Notes under the pieces: generated by a model
What the model was told of the DNA's origin: nothing
The model's input: the letters and a program-made list of their open reading frames with translations, nothing else
The model's database searches: none
DNA from: Lama glama
Taxonomy: Eukaryota
NCBI GenBank assembly: GCA_028534125.1
Contig: CM052816.1
Span: 99,946,001 to 100,010,000, forward strand
Length of the DNA: 64,000 nucleotides
Direction of reading: 5' to 3'
Position numbers and translations under genes: made by a program
In this document: positions 13,251 through 25,230 of the stretch, one piece after another
Numbering within the stretch: position 1 is the stretch's first letter
Layout: every line of letters starts with the position of its first letter

Positions 13251-13962
13251 TACACTCCGAGTTTGCAGAGCTGCGTCTCACCCAGGAACGCTGCGGTGCA
13301 CCTGAGCTGCTTTCAGCTTCCTATTAAGTCGGGGCTGTAGGCTGAGCTAGACCAAAGCTGGAGCCCGTGCCCGGGGCGGCGCAAACCCAAACTGAAAGGG
13401 CGTGAGCAGGGGTGGATCCGGTACATGCAGCAGGTCTGGACTTCAGTTCCCTGCTAGCTGCCACTACGCACAGCCTCGGATGCCCCCAGGGGTCCTGCTG
13501 GTAACACCCCCTCCCTCTCTCAGCCCTGCCTCTGCTCGTGTGGTCCTGCTGTCCGGAAGGCTCTGCCACGTGTGGCCCAAGGATGCTGACCTCTCTGAGC
13601 TTCTGTCCAAGCAGCCTCCCAGCTGGAGGGTGACAGCACTGGCAGCAAATAACCTACCTTGACCAGCGCCCCACCCCCATCCAGGACCCAGCGCAGAGTC
13701 TGGTGCCCAGTCGGCGATGAGCAAATGAAAGGTGAGATGAAAGGGCGTTACCCCCTGCCCCCGACCCCGCATGCTGGGATGCTGCAGACAGTCTCCTTGT
13801 GCCAGGTTCCTACCAGTTTGTAGCATCTTTACTTGTCAAGAACATCTCCCCAGCAGCTCCCGTGCAATTAATCCCCCTTCACGTCCCCTCACTGATTACT
13901 AGATCTCTGTTGTGATGTTCGTGATAGTCCACCTTCTGTCTAGTTATTTGCAGAAGTATGAT

Positions 13963-14380
13963 TGAATCAGTTTGGGTTCATTCAGCTACACACAACGAAA
14001 TATGTCACTGGTCCTGACTTAAGTGGAAAAGTCACTCTGTCGTCCCACATAAGGAGCCTGGAGATGTGCAGTTCAGAGTTTGATGCAGTGGCTCCATGGT
14101 TTCATCAATGCCAAGGCTCTCTGTTTTTTCTGCTCTACCATCCACAGCTTGTTGGTGTTGCCTCATGGCTTCAATATGGCTGCCACAGCACCAAGCATCA
14201 CATCCTCAGACATACACATTCATGTAGCAAGAAAAGCAGGCAGAGGAAAGAGGGCTTACTTACACCTGAAAGAGTGGTCATTCTCAGGAGTCCCCCAGCA
14301 GAGCTCCCACATGTCGCAGTGGCAGAACTGGGTCAATGGCCTTGCAAGACACCAAGGACGTTGGGGCACCCATCCTTTTG
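13963..14380 (-). mobile_element. Old MaLR LTR, MLT1J/K/L-like
   Basis: Starts tgaatcagtttgggttcattcagctacacacaac (reverse complement of the LTR 3' end) and contains aatatggctgccacagcaccaagcatcacatcctc. Confidence 0.65.
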
Positions 14381-14499
14381 GCAAAGGGAATAGGGTGTCC
14401 TGAGTAGCTCGGTGTTCCCAGCTTTGGCCCCGTGGCCCAGAACAGTCCTGTTTGTTGTGGCCCCTAGGTTTGCTCTCACACCCCCAGCCTCTACTTCTG

Positions 14500-14785
14500 G
14501 GAACCTGGTGTGGGTCTTGCTTTCTCACTTGAGGCTGGATATGGCGATGTGTCTTGTAGAGGGTGAACTGTGAGCAGAGGGACAGGTGTCATTCCCTAGA
14601 GCACAAATTAAGGGCTGGTGCACTATTCACATGTTGAGATGAAGCCTCCATCAGCCTGGGAACCTTCACTGGGGAGTGAGCAGAGGTCCTGTGTCCTCCC
14701 TGGTGGACATGTGATACGAACGAAAAAGAAGCCACTGGTGTGTGAAGTCCCTGCAAGTCTGGGGCTCGGAGTTACTGCTCCGCCA
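14500..14785 (+). mobile_element. Old MaLR LTR fragment, MLT1H/I-like
   Basis: tgtgagcagagggacaggtgtcattcc, gagatgaagcctccatcagcctggg, ggacatgtgatacgaacgaaaaagaagcc. Confidence 0.55.
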
Positions 14786-15250
14786 TCCCTGACTTGCAAC
14801 GTCAGTGCACCTTCGGGGAGGCAGAAGTGATACAAGGACTGTCCAGGGGTGTCTCAGGGCCTGCCAGCCTCCTCCTCTGTCATGACTCTGGGCAGAGAGC
14901 CTGCCCCTCTTTGTTAAATCTTATCCTTACATTAAACTCCATGCACAAAAGCTGTTCCTTACACTGATTTACATTTAATTAAGACCTGCTCTTTTTACTT
15001 ACCCATCACTGTTTTAAGGAGGTAAGGAGGGAGGGTAAAAATAAGGAAAGAAAAGTGGAGCGGGAGCAGGAATGGTGATGTGGTGTTCTCCATCACTCTG
15101 GGCTGCGGGGATGGACCACATTCTCCAAATGAGAGGCAGCGTATCCTTCAACCCCTCCCACCTGGATCCATCAGTTCTGCCCGCAGATGATGGATGCCGT
15201 ATTCTGGGTGTACTTGCCTCTGCGGAACAGAGGTTTCAATTTGAGAAGAA

Positions 15251-15252
<2 letters not shown>

Positions 15253-15279
<27 letters not shown>
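15253..15279. repeat. (TG)13 microsatellite
   Basis: Directly visible. Confidence 0.95.
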
Positions 15280-15286
<7 letters not shown>

Positions 15287-15607
15287 ATGAATTAATTTAA
15301 AATAGATTCAGAAGCTCAACATTTAAGTGAATGAAATCAAGAGCTTATCCTTAAAATATCAACACGGTTACTTAAAATAGGATGTGTCTGTAGTCAGAAG
15401 TGGAGACAGTAAAAGACCCCAGCAGCCCCCAAATACCAGCATTCAAAATCTGGGGGGATATCTGAGATCGCTGACCACACACAAAAGTTCAAAACACGAG
15501 TCCAATCACTCAGTTAGCTCTTGTCCCTTTGTTTTCTTTTGAAATTACCCTCCTGAAAGGAAGAAATGCATTTTTGAAGTCAGAATCAAAAATAAAACTG
15601 AAGGAAA

Positions 15608-15777
15608 ATAACCAGTTCCTACTGTGCAGCACAGGAAATGATACACAGTATCCTGCAATAACCTATCATGAGAAAAAGAATGAGAAAGAGCGTGTGCATG
15701 TATGTGTAACTGAGTCAGCCTGCAGCACACCTGAAACTAACACGACACTGTACATCAACTCTATTCAAAACAAAATT
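15608..15777 (+). mobile_element. LINE-1 3'UTR end (cetartiodactyl-type, 5'-truncated)
   Basis: ctactgtgcagcacaggaaatgatacacagtatcctgcaataacctat...tatgtgtaactgagtcagcctgcagcacacctgaaactaacacgacactgtacatcaactct followed by an A-rich tail. Confidence 0.85.
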
Positions 15778-17229
15778 TCCCAGGGAACTCGCTCTTTCCA
15801 CTGCTCTTCACATTTGTGCTATTTTATATTCTGTTTCTTCCCCAGCCAAGACTCAGGATGTAGAATGAAACCCTACTTCCAATCTTGTAGAATCTTAAAT
15901 TGGGGGTATAACAGACGTTTTGGATGCATGGCTTTTCAGGCTGAACTTTGCAATACTACAGCTTTACGATTCCGATGTGAAATCTGTTCCTGAACACGGG
16001 CGAGCAGCGCTGAGCTCGCGCGCGGGCGTGGGTGGGGGACAGGAGGGAGGCCGCCCGGGCTGGGGAGCCAGGGCTGCACCTCTGACCGCCAGCCGCACTT
16101 CGTCCATCGGTGAAAGGCACCAGGTGATTCATCATCCATTCATTTATTTTTAAAATTGGCACCTTCTTGCACAAGGAGTTCAATACAGAAGAAAACATCT
16201 GTGATTTAAACTTTATTTTGCTAATCATTTAGACTTTGATGATTTTCTAAAAACATCAGATAATGGTGTGTCAAAACAAGAATGTCTAAGTGAGATGTGA
16301 GGGTCACTGCTGCTTTTGAAAGTCCTTTTCATCAATTATTGATTTGGAGGGTGTTTACCTTCCGTGGGAGGCGGTGACTGATGGAGCGGAGGGAGAGTGC
16401 TTTCTGACAGCAGGAGGAAGTTTTGACAGGAGAGAGGGTACCACTTCTGTGCGAAGCCACACTTCTCTTGACACCTGTCTTGGGAGGCAAGGCAGTGGCA
16501 AGACAGGCTCACGCCTGGGGCGGGATGTCAATTGGGCACCTGCTCTCCTTCAATTATTCAGCAGCTGATAAAAAATAAAATAAAATAAAGTTTAAGATTT
16601 GACACGATTCACTAAGTTAGTCATCACCAGTTTGCATGGAGCTCAGTTTGGAGCTGCCGCCCGGCCCTCCCAGCAGCGAGGGATTAGACCGTGCAGTCTG
16701 GGGAGCAGTCGGGCCTTCGAGCCACAGGGCTCACCCCAGCTGCAGGACCAGCCAGGCCCGCAGCGCTGGAGGAACACGGTCCACGAGGAGGGAGCCGCTC
16801 CCTCCACCCCCCAGGGCGTCCAAGCTGGTGCCTTGCTGGAAGGCATGAAGGCAGAAGGCAGTTACTTCTCCAAGCCCATCACCCCGTCCCGGGGTTTTTG
16901 CATTTGACCATTTTGCAGCTGTTATTATTTTAAATAGATGAGTGTCCCCAGCGTCGGGGTCTATGCCAGTTCACTCTTGGATCCAGATTCTCCACGGGAC
17001 AAGAGCAGAGCTGCAGACAACAAGGAAAGGGACAGGCTATCGGGGAGGGACCCACACGTTAAGCCAATAATCAACTGATTTTCTTAGCTGAGGTTTGCAG
17101 CTAAGTGGTACCCTGATGGCATGAACCAAACAGGAAGCGCTGAGAGCAGCCTCCTCCGCTCCCCGGGTACCATTTAGTGTCCCAGATCCCGCGTCCGAAT
17201 GACCAACAGGCGGACCAAACGAATTCATG

Positions 17230-17890
17230 CCACTGACATTTTCCTTTGGTAAAAATAATTTAGACACATTTAAGAAAATATAGAAGACTATAAAAGAGAA
17301 ATAAGTTTTCTGTTCAGCTCTGATTCTAGGCAGCATTTTGGGGGTGTAAATACAAGCATAAATAAGCCAAGAATCACATCTTATGTAGTGTTTTGTATCC
17401 AGACGTTTTGACTGAAGTTTGTTGTAAATGCTTCCCAGTGTCATCTAATATTCTTAGAAGTACGCCATCCTATAGGATAGACTCAATCTATTTAACCTTT
17501 TCCTCCACTCTTGGGCTCCGAATTAATTTGGGGTGTTTTAAATAACTCTCATTAACAGCATTGTTTATAACCGTGTCCCTAGTCTTCCTCTGAGGCCTCA
17601 GTTAGCTCCTCAAGGTAAGTCTCGGAACGAAATTCCTTGGACGAAGAACAGACACTTTTAAAACTATTTTTGATGCATGCTTCCGAGGCGCCCCCAAACT
17701 TGTACCGATGTGCACGAGCTCTGCTGGTCTCTGCGGGGCGTCTGTCCCCATGCTCGCCAACACTGAGCATTTAAATGAAACAAACAAACAAAGAAATATT
17801 GCAAATACATGTTAAGTTAAAATAGTTTCTGGTTTCATCTGCATTTAACTACAAAGTGTCTTTTTTTTTAACTCTTGCCAACTGTTCATT
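17230..17890. mobile_element. Very old L1M-type 3'UTR remnant
   Basis: AT-rich degenerate sequence resembling L1ME/MC 3' regions; weak similarity only. Confidence 0.3.
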
Positions 17891-17899
17891 CAAAGTTCA

Positions 17900-18110
17900 G
17901 AAACTGCTGTCCAATAGGGCGACCACTTGCCATCCCTGATATTACATCTAAATGCAAATACAATACAATGCAATTTTAAATGTGGTTCCTCAGTCTTACA
18001 GGCACATTTCAAGGACCCAATAGCTGTGTGAGACCCGTGGCTTGTGCCGTGGGCAGTGTAGATACCGGGCATTTGCGTCATGGCAGAAAGTTCTGCGGGC
18101 AGTGGGCTAG
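17900..18110 (-). mobile_element. hAT-Charlie DNA transposon, MER3/MER33-like
   Basis: ctgctgtccaatag at the left end; cacatttcaaggacccaatagctgtgtg...gtcatggcagaaagttctgcgggcagtg matches the reverse complement of the MER3 5' half. Confidence 0.7.
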
Positions 18111-20399
18111 AATCACACCCGGGGGTGGGCTGGGAGGGGCCATCTGATTAAACAGACGTGGGTGCTGGCCTTTCAGGGCACTGGCAGCCCCTGGTAACAC
18201 TCTAACTGGCTTGCAGGCCAAACTCTTCACTGCCTCAGGGTGGGAACCACGTGGCACCTGTGACCCAAGGGGCAGACGTCACTCAGTGGGCGTGGCTCCC
18301 ACTTGAGGCTCTGGCTCATGCTGCGTTTGATACCATTTAAAAATGTTCAGAGCCCTGTTTTAAGTTAAAACACAGGTCCTGTTACTGTGACACTTATTTA
18401 CCAGAACGTTCCATTTCTGAAGGGTCCTGCTGCTCGGTGTCAGTGATAGCAGTCCTGGTGACTCTGCTTCCTTCGGGCACTGAGTCTCGGGGAAGACAAC
18501 TTAACGGGAAAACTGACTTTGTGCTGTGATGGTGCGATTGTTATCAGCGCTTTTCTCTTTCTGAGATTGGCCGCCTCGCTGAGTTAGTCCCCACCGCCGT
18601 GGAGGCACAGAGCAGGGGCCAGCTCAGCAGGTAAGGGAAGGGCTGTCCTTTCTGAGCTGTGAAGTCGCTCTGCAGACAGACCCAGGGACAACAGTCAAGC
18701 TGAGATCCACGTCCAGGTTGCTTTGCTTCTTGTTTTTATTTTTTCGTTGCAGCTTAGATTTGAGAATGTGGATAAAGCCCAATGGGAAGGATCTCTCAAA
18801 AACAAACTGTCGGATTTGGCTTCCAACAAGGAAAGACTTCATTCAAGCTTCTGGAGACAGGTGGCCTCTGCGACAACACGGAGCGGGCGTTGGTGATGTC
18901 CCTCTTGAAGCTGGCCCTGCGGCTCCACCCGCAGCCCTCGGCGGGGCTCACTCTCTGCCCTCCCTCCCCTCCCTGTCCGGGCACACCCAGTGCACATCCT
19001 GTCCTGAAGCCAGTCCCCGGAGGCGGGAACAGGTGGCGAGGCTCCCCACGTGTTCCCCCACGGGTGGGCGGCCCCGAAGCTGGGGGACAATGGCGTAACC
19101 AACAGGGATGGGCGTCCTGGGACTGGACAGAAGGTGGGGGCAGGGCCGTGAGCATGCTGACCCACCTCCCAAGGAAGCAGGACTGCCGTGCAGTGGGGAT
19201 CACCCACCCTGGACCCTCCTCCAGCCACGTCAGAAGCGCACACATTGCGGGAAAAGATGTTTATGGAAGTAAATTCCTCCTCAGCAATGCTGCCTTCTCT
19301 CCTCCTGCCACTGGGAGCATTGCCTACAGCCTCTTGGGAGGGACCTGATACTGGAGGGGAGGGTGACTGGATGGCTAAGAAGGAAAATCTTACTAGTCTA
19401 TTCCTAAGTGCCGGGTGGTGCAGGCATAGCGGCGTGGAAACGCTCCTCCATGGGGCCTCGCCTCCAGGAGGGGGGACCCCAGGGCCTGACGATGGCCTGG
19501 GCCAGGCAGTCTGCGCCAGGACCCGGGTGGGCCGGGCTTTGGGATAACCGCCCTCAGGTCCAGCAGTTGTGGTCTGAGCCACACTCGCCCAGCGGGTCCC
19601 CTGTCACGTAGGGTCACATGCACAGCCGAACCACGAGGGACATGCGGGTGACCAGCTCCTCCAGTTTGCCTGGGGCTTTCTGGTTTCCACACGGGAAGTC
19701 TCAGTCCCCAGAGCCCCCTCCTTTCTGGGGGAATCCGGACTGTAGGTCACCCCTTGTGTCCTGTCAAGTGTGACCTGAGTTCCCAGTTTCCCTAAAAGAG
19801 CGTCCCCTTCTGTGTATGGTTGCCTGCTGACACCTGTGTGGGGGACAATTAGCCTCTTACCTCCCATAATCTACTGTCACTTACACAGAACTCTGGCTTC
19901 CGGGCTGGGGGTGGGAGCTCGGCCCCGGGGGGCTTTTGCAGGCCCCACGGCAGCACCTGCCGGTCGGAGACCGGCACGCCCCGTTCAGTGCTGGGGAGGC
20001 AAAGCCGGGGCGGGAAGTGGGGTCTCCGGCAGGTAGCCTGGGTGCCCGGCCCAGGCGCCCGGCCCGGGCGGCTGCAGGGGCGACCTACTCTCGGAGGTTT
20101 AAGTGCAGATGGAGCCGCAGCCCTGGGAGCACGGGGAGCCCAGGGAAAGCGGTGTGTGTGGCCCCGCGAGAGGCGCCCCAACCCCAGCCCGGGGTCCGCG
20201 TCAGGCCCGGAGGGGACGGGGCAGGGCGGGAGCCCTCCTGCGTGTTTGCCGAGAGCCTGAGAACATTCTGTCTTCAAGGAAGCACTCTCCAGATTCTTTC
20301 TAGCTCATTACAGAGCAGGAGAGTATTAAATAGTTTGGTCTGAACTCTGAAGTGCCCGGTGAGCAGGATGAGTGTTCGGCTTTGTTTTGGCGGCGCTGA

Positions 20400-20920
20400 G
20401 AGATGGCTTTCATTTGTAGTGTTTGCTAACCTTTCCGTTTCCCTGAGTGCAGATACTCTATTATAAATTAACAGGGGAGCGTCAAGGAACAGAGGGGTTT
20501 TAATTGCGTATAATTACTTGGGATGCTGAAGTATTTTTCAATTGAGATAATTTTCCTGAAAGTGTCGGCATTTAGTGAATAGAATTTATGGTAATTCCCT
20601 GATTTTCCCCCAACCGCCTAGTAATCTTTGTAACAAGGCAGTGGAAGCACAGTGAGAAAGCTGAACTGAGACAAAGCTGTACATGAAAGTGTTTAACATG
20701 TATCTGTTTGTCTTTGTTTCGGGAGGAATCCAAAACAAAGGCACCTGATCGAGGATCGATGGAAGAGTGAGGGAGAGGAGATTCCTGTTCCTTTGAAGCC
20801 AGTGGCGGCAAGGAAATAATCCTCCCAAACAGCGGAGGCCTTTAATTCACAGGTTGCAGCACGGAGAGCCGTTGTGAAGTGGGATTTGCTGGGTTTCAGG
20901 TTTTAATGCGAACTGTACAA
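20400..20920. promoter_or_regulatory. Candidate conserved non-coding element
   Basis: Sharp AT-rich island with ttttaattgcgtataattac, tcaattgagataatt, tttatggtaatt and tgtttgtctttgtt. Confidence 0.55.
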
Positions 20921-22799
20921 GCAGGTGGGGTGACGCCGCTGCCACTGCTGGTGAGCGGGACGCACGCCTAATCCCGCTTTCTGCGCGTGACCACGGAGGT
21001 TCCGCGGGCGCCGGCCCCCGTCCGCGGGCCCTCCCCATCAGGGGCTTCCCGTACCTGGGGCCGTGGTATCCTAGGAGGGCCAAACCAAACAAGCAGAGGC
21101 AAGTTCTGCCTCAACTCTGAGAAACAAAACTTCACAGGGAAAACACTCTCATTTAGCCGTAAAAGGGTGCGGGCAGAAACGTTCTGGGGGTGGCCAGCCT
21201 TGCAAGTGCCTTTCCGACGGCGCAGGCACCTAAGGTACTCCTGTCGCCAGGCAGGAGGTGAGACCTGTGGGGCCCGTGACATCTGCAAATATTGTTGCTC
21301 CCAGACTCAGGCTCACTGCACCCTCTCGTCTGTGACCTACGAGTAACTGCGGATTTAGGGAACTTGAAGCCTGGCTTAGTCCTTGTAGGAATGGACAAGT
21401 GAGAATCTCCCCCATGCGTTGTCCTCCTGACTGTGGCCAGGCAGTCTGCACTGCCAGCCGCAGACGCATGGAGGAGAAGTGGCCAATGCAGGTGTCCCCA
21501 CCCCCAGAGATGCGTTCCCTTCTGCCACCACCATGATGCTTTCGGATGCCTGCCCACAGTCAGGCACAGCTGGGGCGGGGAATGCCGAGGGGGCAGGGGC
21601 GTGTTCTCAGGAGCTCAGAGCCCAGCAGGGACCACACCACGCAGAGATGTGGGGATGTGGGGGAGCCGCCGCTGAGGGCAGGCCCTGCTCAGCTGACTCA
21701 CCGCATCTGGGGCCCATCAGGGGCCGGGCTGATGCGCTGGGCTGGGCTGGTGAGCGGCCAGCCATGCTGGTGACCCTAAAGGGCTTTCTGCTTGGGAAGC
21801 CACGTGCAGAGAGACTCAGAGGGCCGTGGAAGTGGGGCAGGTGTGAGGATTTGGGCCAGGGGACTTGGCCCTGGGAGGGGTGAGCCCAGTGTTGTGGGAG
21901 TGAAGGTCCCAGATGGCACAGCACATGTGAGCGAGGCAGAGTTCACCCCACATCCCGAGGGCTGTGAGGAGCTTGGAGCACGTCTCAGCCCAGCAGGAGG
22001 AGATGAAGTGTCCAGACGCCGGTGCAACAGTGACGTGGAGGGTGGCTCAGGGGAGAGAGGGCGGCACGGGAGGCTGCTCTGATGGGAGGTCCAGAGAGGA
22101 CCAGCCCCAGTCCTCCTCTGTCTTCTTGTACCTCCATGAACTTGGGTGTGTTACTTACATCCCTTTTGAACCATGACTTTATTTTTAAAGTGGAAATAAA
22201 AAATGACCTTCTTTCTGGTTCTGAGAGCTGAGTGAGATGCTGTCTGCACACGGGTTTAGAAGCGGCATTTTTCTTCTCCTATTGCTTGTTCTACCAGGAG
22301 GAAGGGGGTGCTCAGCTCCAGGAAACCTCAGGAGAAGCTCGGAGGTGGGTAAGTCTGAACCGACAAGCGTCAAGGAAAGAGGACACTAAACAGGATACTA
22401 TCCTTTCCTGTGTAGTTGTTCCTAGTAAATCCCAGAAGAGGACTTCCCCCCTGAGCATGGACTGGCCGATGGGCCATCAGCTGGGTTTGGAGGATGACCG
22501 GGGTGCTTGCTACCTAAACAGAGCGGGGAAGAACACTTGTTCAAAGCAGCTGCGGAACCCAGCTGCCCCGGGAGGCTGCTGCCAGCGACCGCTGCTCCGC
22601 TCTGCCGCACGGCCGTGGTGCTGAGCCTCCTGAACCCCTCCACTCGCCCAAAAGGAAATCGGTCCTGAAACAACCCTGCTGCCCACTGAATGCCTTCTCT
22701 CCTTGCTGTCTCCATGTGTGCCATCTTGGCGTCCTGCACCGTCGTGAAACATGGGAGCCACTTCTGATGCTGGGGGTCTTTTGAAAGAGAGTGTATCTT

Positions 22800-23557
22800 T
22801 TTTTTTTTCAATGAGTGCTTTTTTTTAAATTTTTAATTTTTTTTAACTGAAGTATAGTTGATTTACAATGTGTTAGTTTCTGCTGTGCAGCACAGTGATT
22901 CAGTTATATATATATTCTTTTTCATTATAGATTATTGCAAGTTATTGAATATAGTTTCCTGTACTATAGAGCAGGTCCTTGTTGTTTATCTATTTTATAT
23001 GTGGTAGTTTATCTCTGTTAATTCCATACTCCTGTTTATCCCTCCCCCAAATTTCCCTTTTGGTAAACATAAGTTTGTTTTCTATGTTTGTGAGTCTGTT
23101 TGTTTTGTAAATAAGTTAGTTTGTATCATTTTTTAGATTCCACATGTAAGTGATGTCATATGGTATTTGTCTTTCTCTGACCAACTGACTTCATTTAGTA
23201 TGATCATCTCCAGGTCCATCCATGTTGCTGCAAATGACATTAATTCATTCCTTTTTATGGCTGAATAGTATTCCATTGTATAAATATACCACAACTTCTT
23301 TATCCAGTCATCTGTTGATGGACATTTAGGCTGTTTCCATGTCTTGGCTGTTGTAAATGGTGCTGCTGTAACACTGGGGTGCAGGTGTCTTTTTGAATTA
23401 GAGTCTTCTCTGAATATATGCTCAGGAGTGGGATTGCTGGATCATACAGTAAGTCTATTTTCAGTTTTTTGAGGCATCTCCTTACTGATTTCCATAATGG
23501 CTGCACCAAACTGCATTCCCACCAGCAGTGCAGGAGGGTTCCCTTTTCTCCACACCC
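22800..23557 (-). mobile_element. 5'-truncated LINE-1 (ORF2 C-terminus + 3'UTR + poly-A) with target-site duplication
   Basis: The minus-strand ORF reads [25 protein letters not shown]...[11 protein letters not shown], the L1 ORF2 cysteine-rich C-terminus. Poly-T at 22798-22808. Flanking near-identical repeats tgaaagagagtgtatctt (22782-22799) and tgaaaaagagtgtgtctt (23558-23575). Confidence 0.95.
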
Positions 23558-24627
23558 TGAAAAAGAGTGTGTCTTGATGGTAGATGTAAGAACTGCTCTT
23601 AAAATAACACTCAGACAGTGTCTCATTGAGCTCTTACTTTCCCCCAAAACAGTGCGAAGTACTTTTCAGTTTTCCCTCCTCTTATCCTCAGCTCCACGTG
23701 AGGTTTCTTTTCCTCCAGGGGCTTACAGTCCAGGGGTCTCATGGCTAACAGTGAAGAAACCGGGATTTCAGCCCAGGTGGACCCACTCCCAAGTCCTTGC
23801 TTAAACATCACGTCAACTGGGTGGAAACTGAGACCCACTGGTGAGCAGCTCCGCGTGGTCGATCCTTCTGAAAACGGCCGGGGGGCCTGTGTTTCAGGAT
23901 AGACACGCTGGGGTTCCCACGTGCGTTCTGATAACTCAGGCTGTAACCTCAAGCCCGACGTGTATTGTCAGGCCTCTCTCTCGGCCCGCCCCCTGCTCCA
24001 GCGTTAGGTCTGGGCGGCCACTGAGCTTACTGTTAGGGTTCTGCCCCCAGGTCCCCCCGGCAGCTGAGCTGGGGCCCCTGAGCAGAGGACCACCCTGCAG
24101 CCCCGGTCGAATTTTGCCCTGCCCAGGTGATTTTCAGTTGTGGCCATTTTCAGTGGGCACGTGTTGAATGACAAACCAAGTCTTGGTTCATCGTTGCTTT
24201 TTAGTAGCTCATCGGCGAATTATACGGAGACTGAAGTGGGGCCTGCCAGCCTCTCCATCCTGGTGTCTCTGTGGAGTCCGGACCCTCCCGTCCCTGTTTC
24301 AGGTTTGTGATTCCAGCGCTCACACCTGGGAACGGAAGCAGGAGGCATCGCGTCCCGCTGCTTCTGATCCTTCGGAACGCCACACTGTCCTGGCTCACTG
24401 GCCATCCTTCACTTTGCTCAAGGACCTAAAAGCTCTTCCTTTGAGGCTCTAATCCTTGCTGTGATCTGGACTCCCTGCCCCGGGTGCCCTGGAGTGCGCG
24501 GTCCCTCACCCACCGGGGTCCTGGGCAGCCTTCACTGACCAAGGGCAAGGGCAGGTGCCTGTCATAGCAGAGCGTCCCTGGGTTGACTGGAAGGGCCGTG
24601 GACCCCCAAACCACCCCTCCTGTTCCG

Positions 24628-25230
24628 TGTGTAGTTATCAGGCCTTTTATTAAGCTGTTCCACCTTCTCTTTACGATGGTCTCGGCCGTTTTGTGTTCTC
24701 GTCTGAGGCCAATGAGCCGCTCCCGGCGCTCGATCTTCCCTGAAGTAGGCGCCGCTCTGCGGGCCGGGCCGGGCCGCCTGCTCACGCCGGCCTGCTCTCC
24801 TCCCGGCCCGCCCGCGTGGCTCTGCATTTCCACCTCTCCGGCGACCCGCTCAGTGTTCCAGCGTTTCTCTGGAGCCTGCCAGCTGACTCTATATTTTCTT
24901 AAGCTTTTTTTAAACTTTCCCCCTCCGTCTGCTGTTAAACATTTTCTTCCCAGTTTTAAGCCCGTCCTTTTGAAACTCATTGTTTCTCTATTACCCCCGG
25001 GGAATCCCCGAGAGCTTAAAATTTCAAACCTGGCCGAGCATCGCCCACTGACCCGCGGGGGACCCATCAGTCCTCTCAAGTCATTTCCTGGATCCGAGGG
25101 TCTGAATGCCTTTTGAATAGTAAGTTATGCATTAGATTCTCCTGTAAGTCAGAATAATGGGTTGTTTTCTCAGCACTCTTGTGAACACAGTGGTGGATTC
25201 TTTCCAGATTGGCTGATGATCAACTAGGAA
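24628..25230. promoter_or_regulatory. Candidate highly conserved non-coding element (enhancer)
   Basis: Repeat-free complex sequence: gttatcaggccttttattaagctg, gccaatgag, tgccagctgac, ctcattgtttc (SOX), ttatgcatta; AT-rich flanks around a CpG-rich core. Confidence 0.55.

Noticed and set aside
18782..19582. Overlapping 188-247 aa ORFs on both strands
   Set aside because: No recognisable domain or exon structure; typical of stop-poor GC-rich sequence.
22605..22626. RE1/NRSE-like ccgtggtgctgag
   Set aside because: Only one half-site matches; the GGACAG half is missing.
23300..23647. 115-aa ORF with CWWEC motif
   Set aside because: C-terminal fragment of LINE-1 ORF2 in a 5'-truncated copy, not a host gene.
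24426..25116. Antiparallel 217-aa and 177-aa ORFs over the conserved-looking element
   Set aside because: No protein similarity that I recognise; better explained as a non-coding element.
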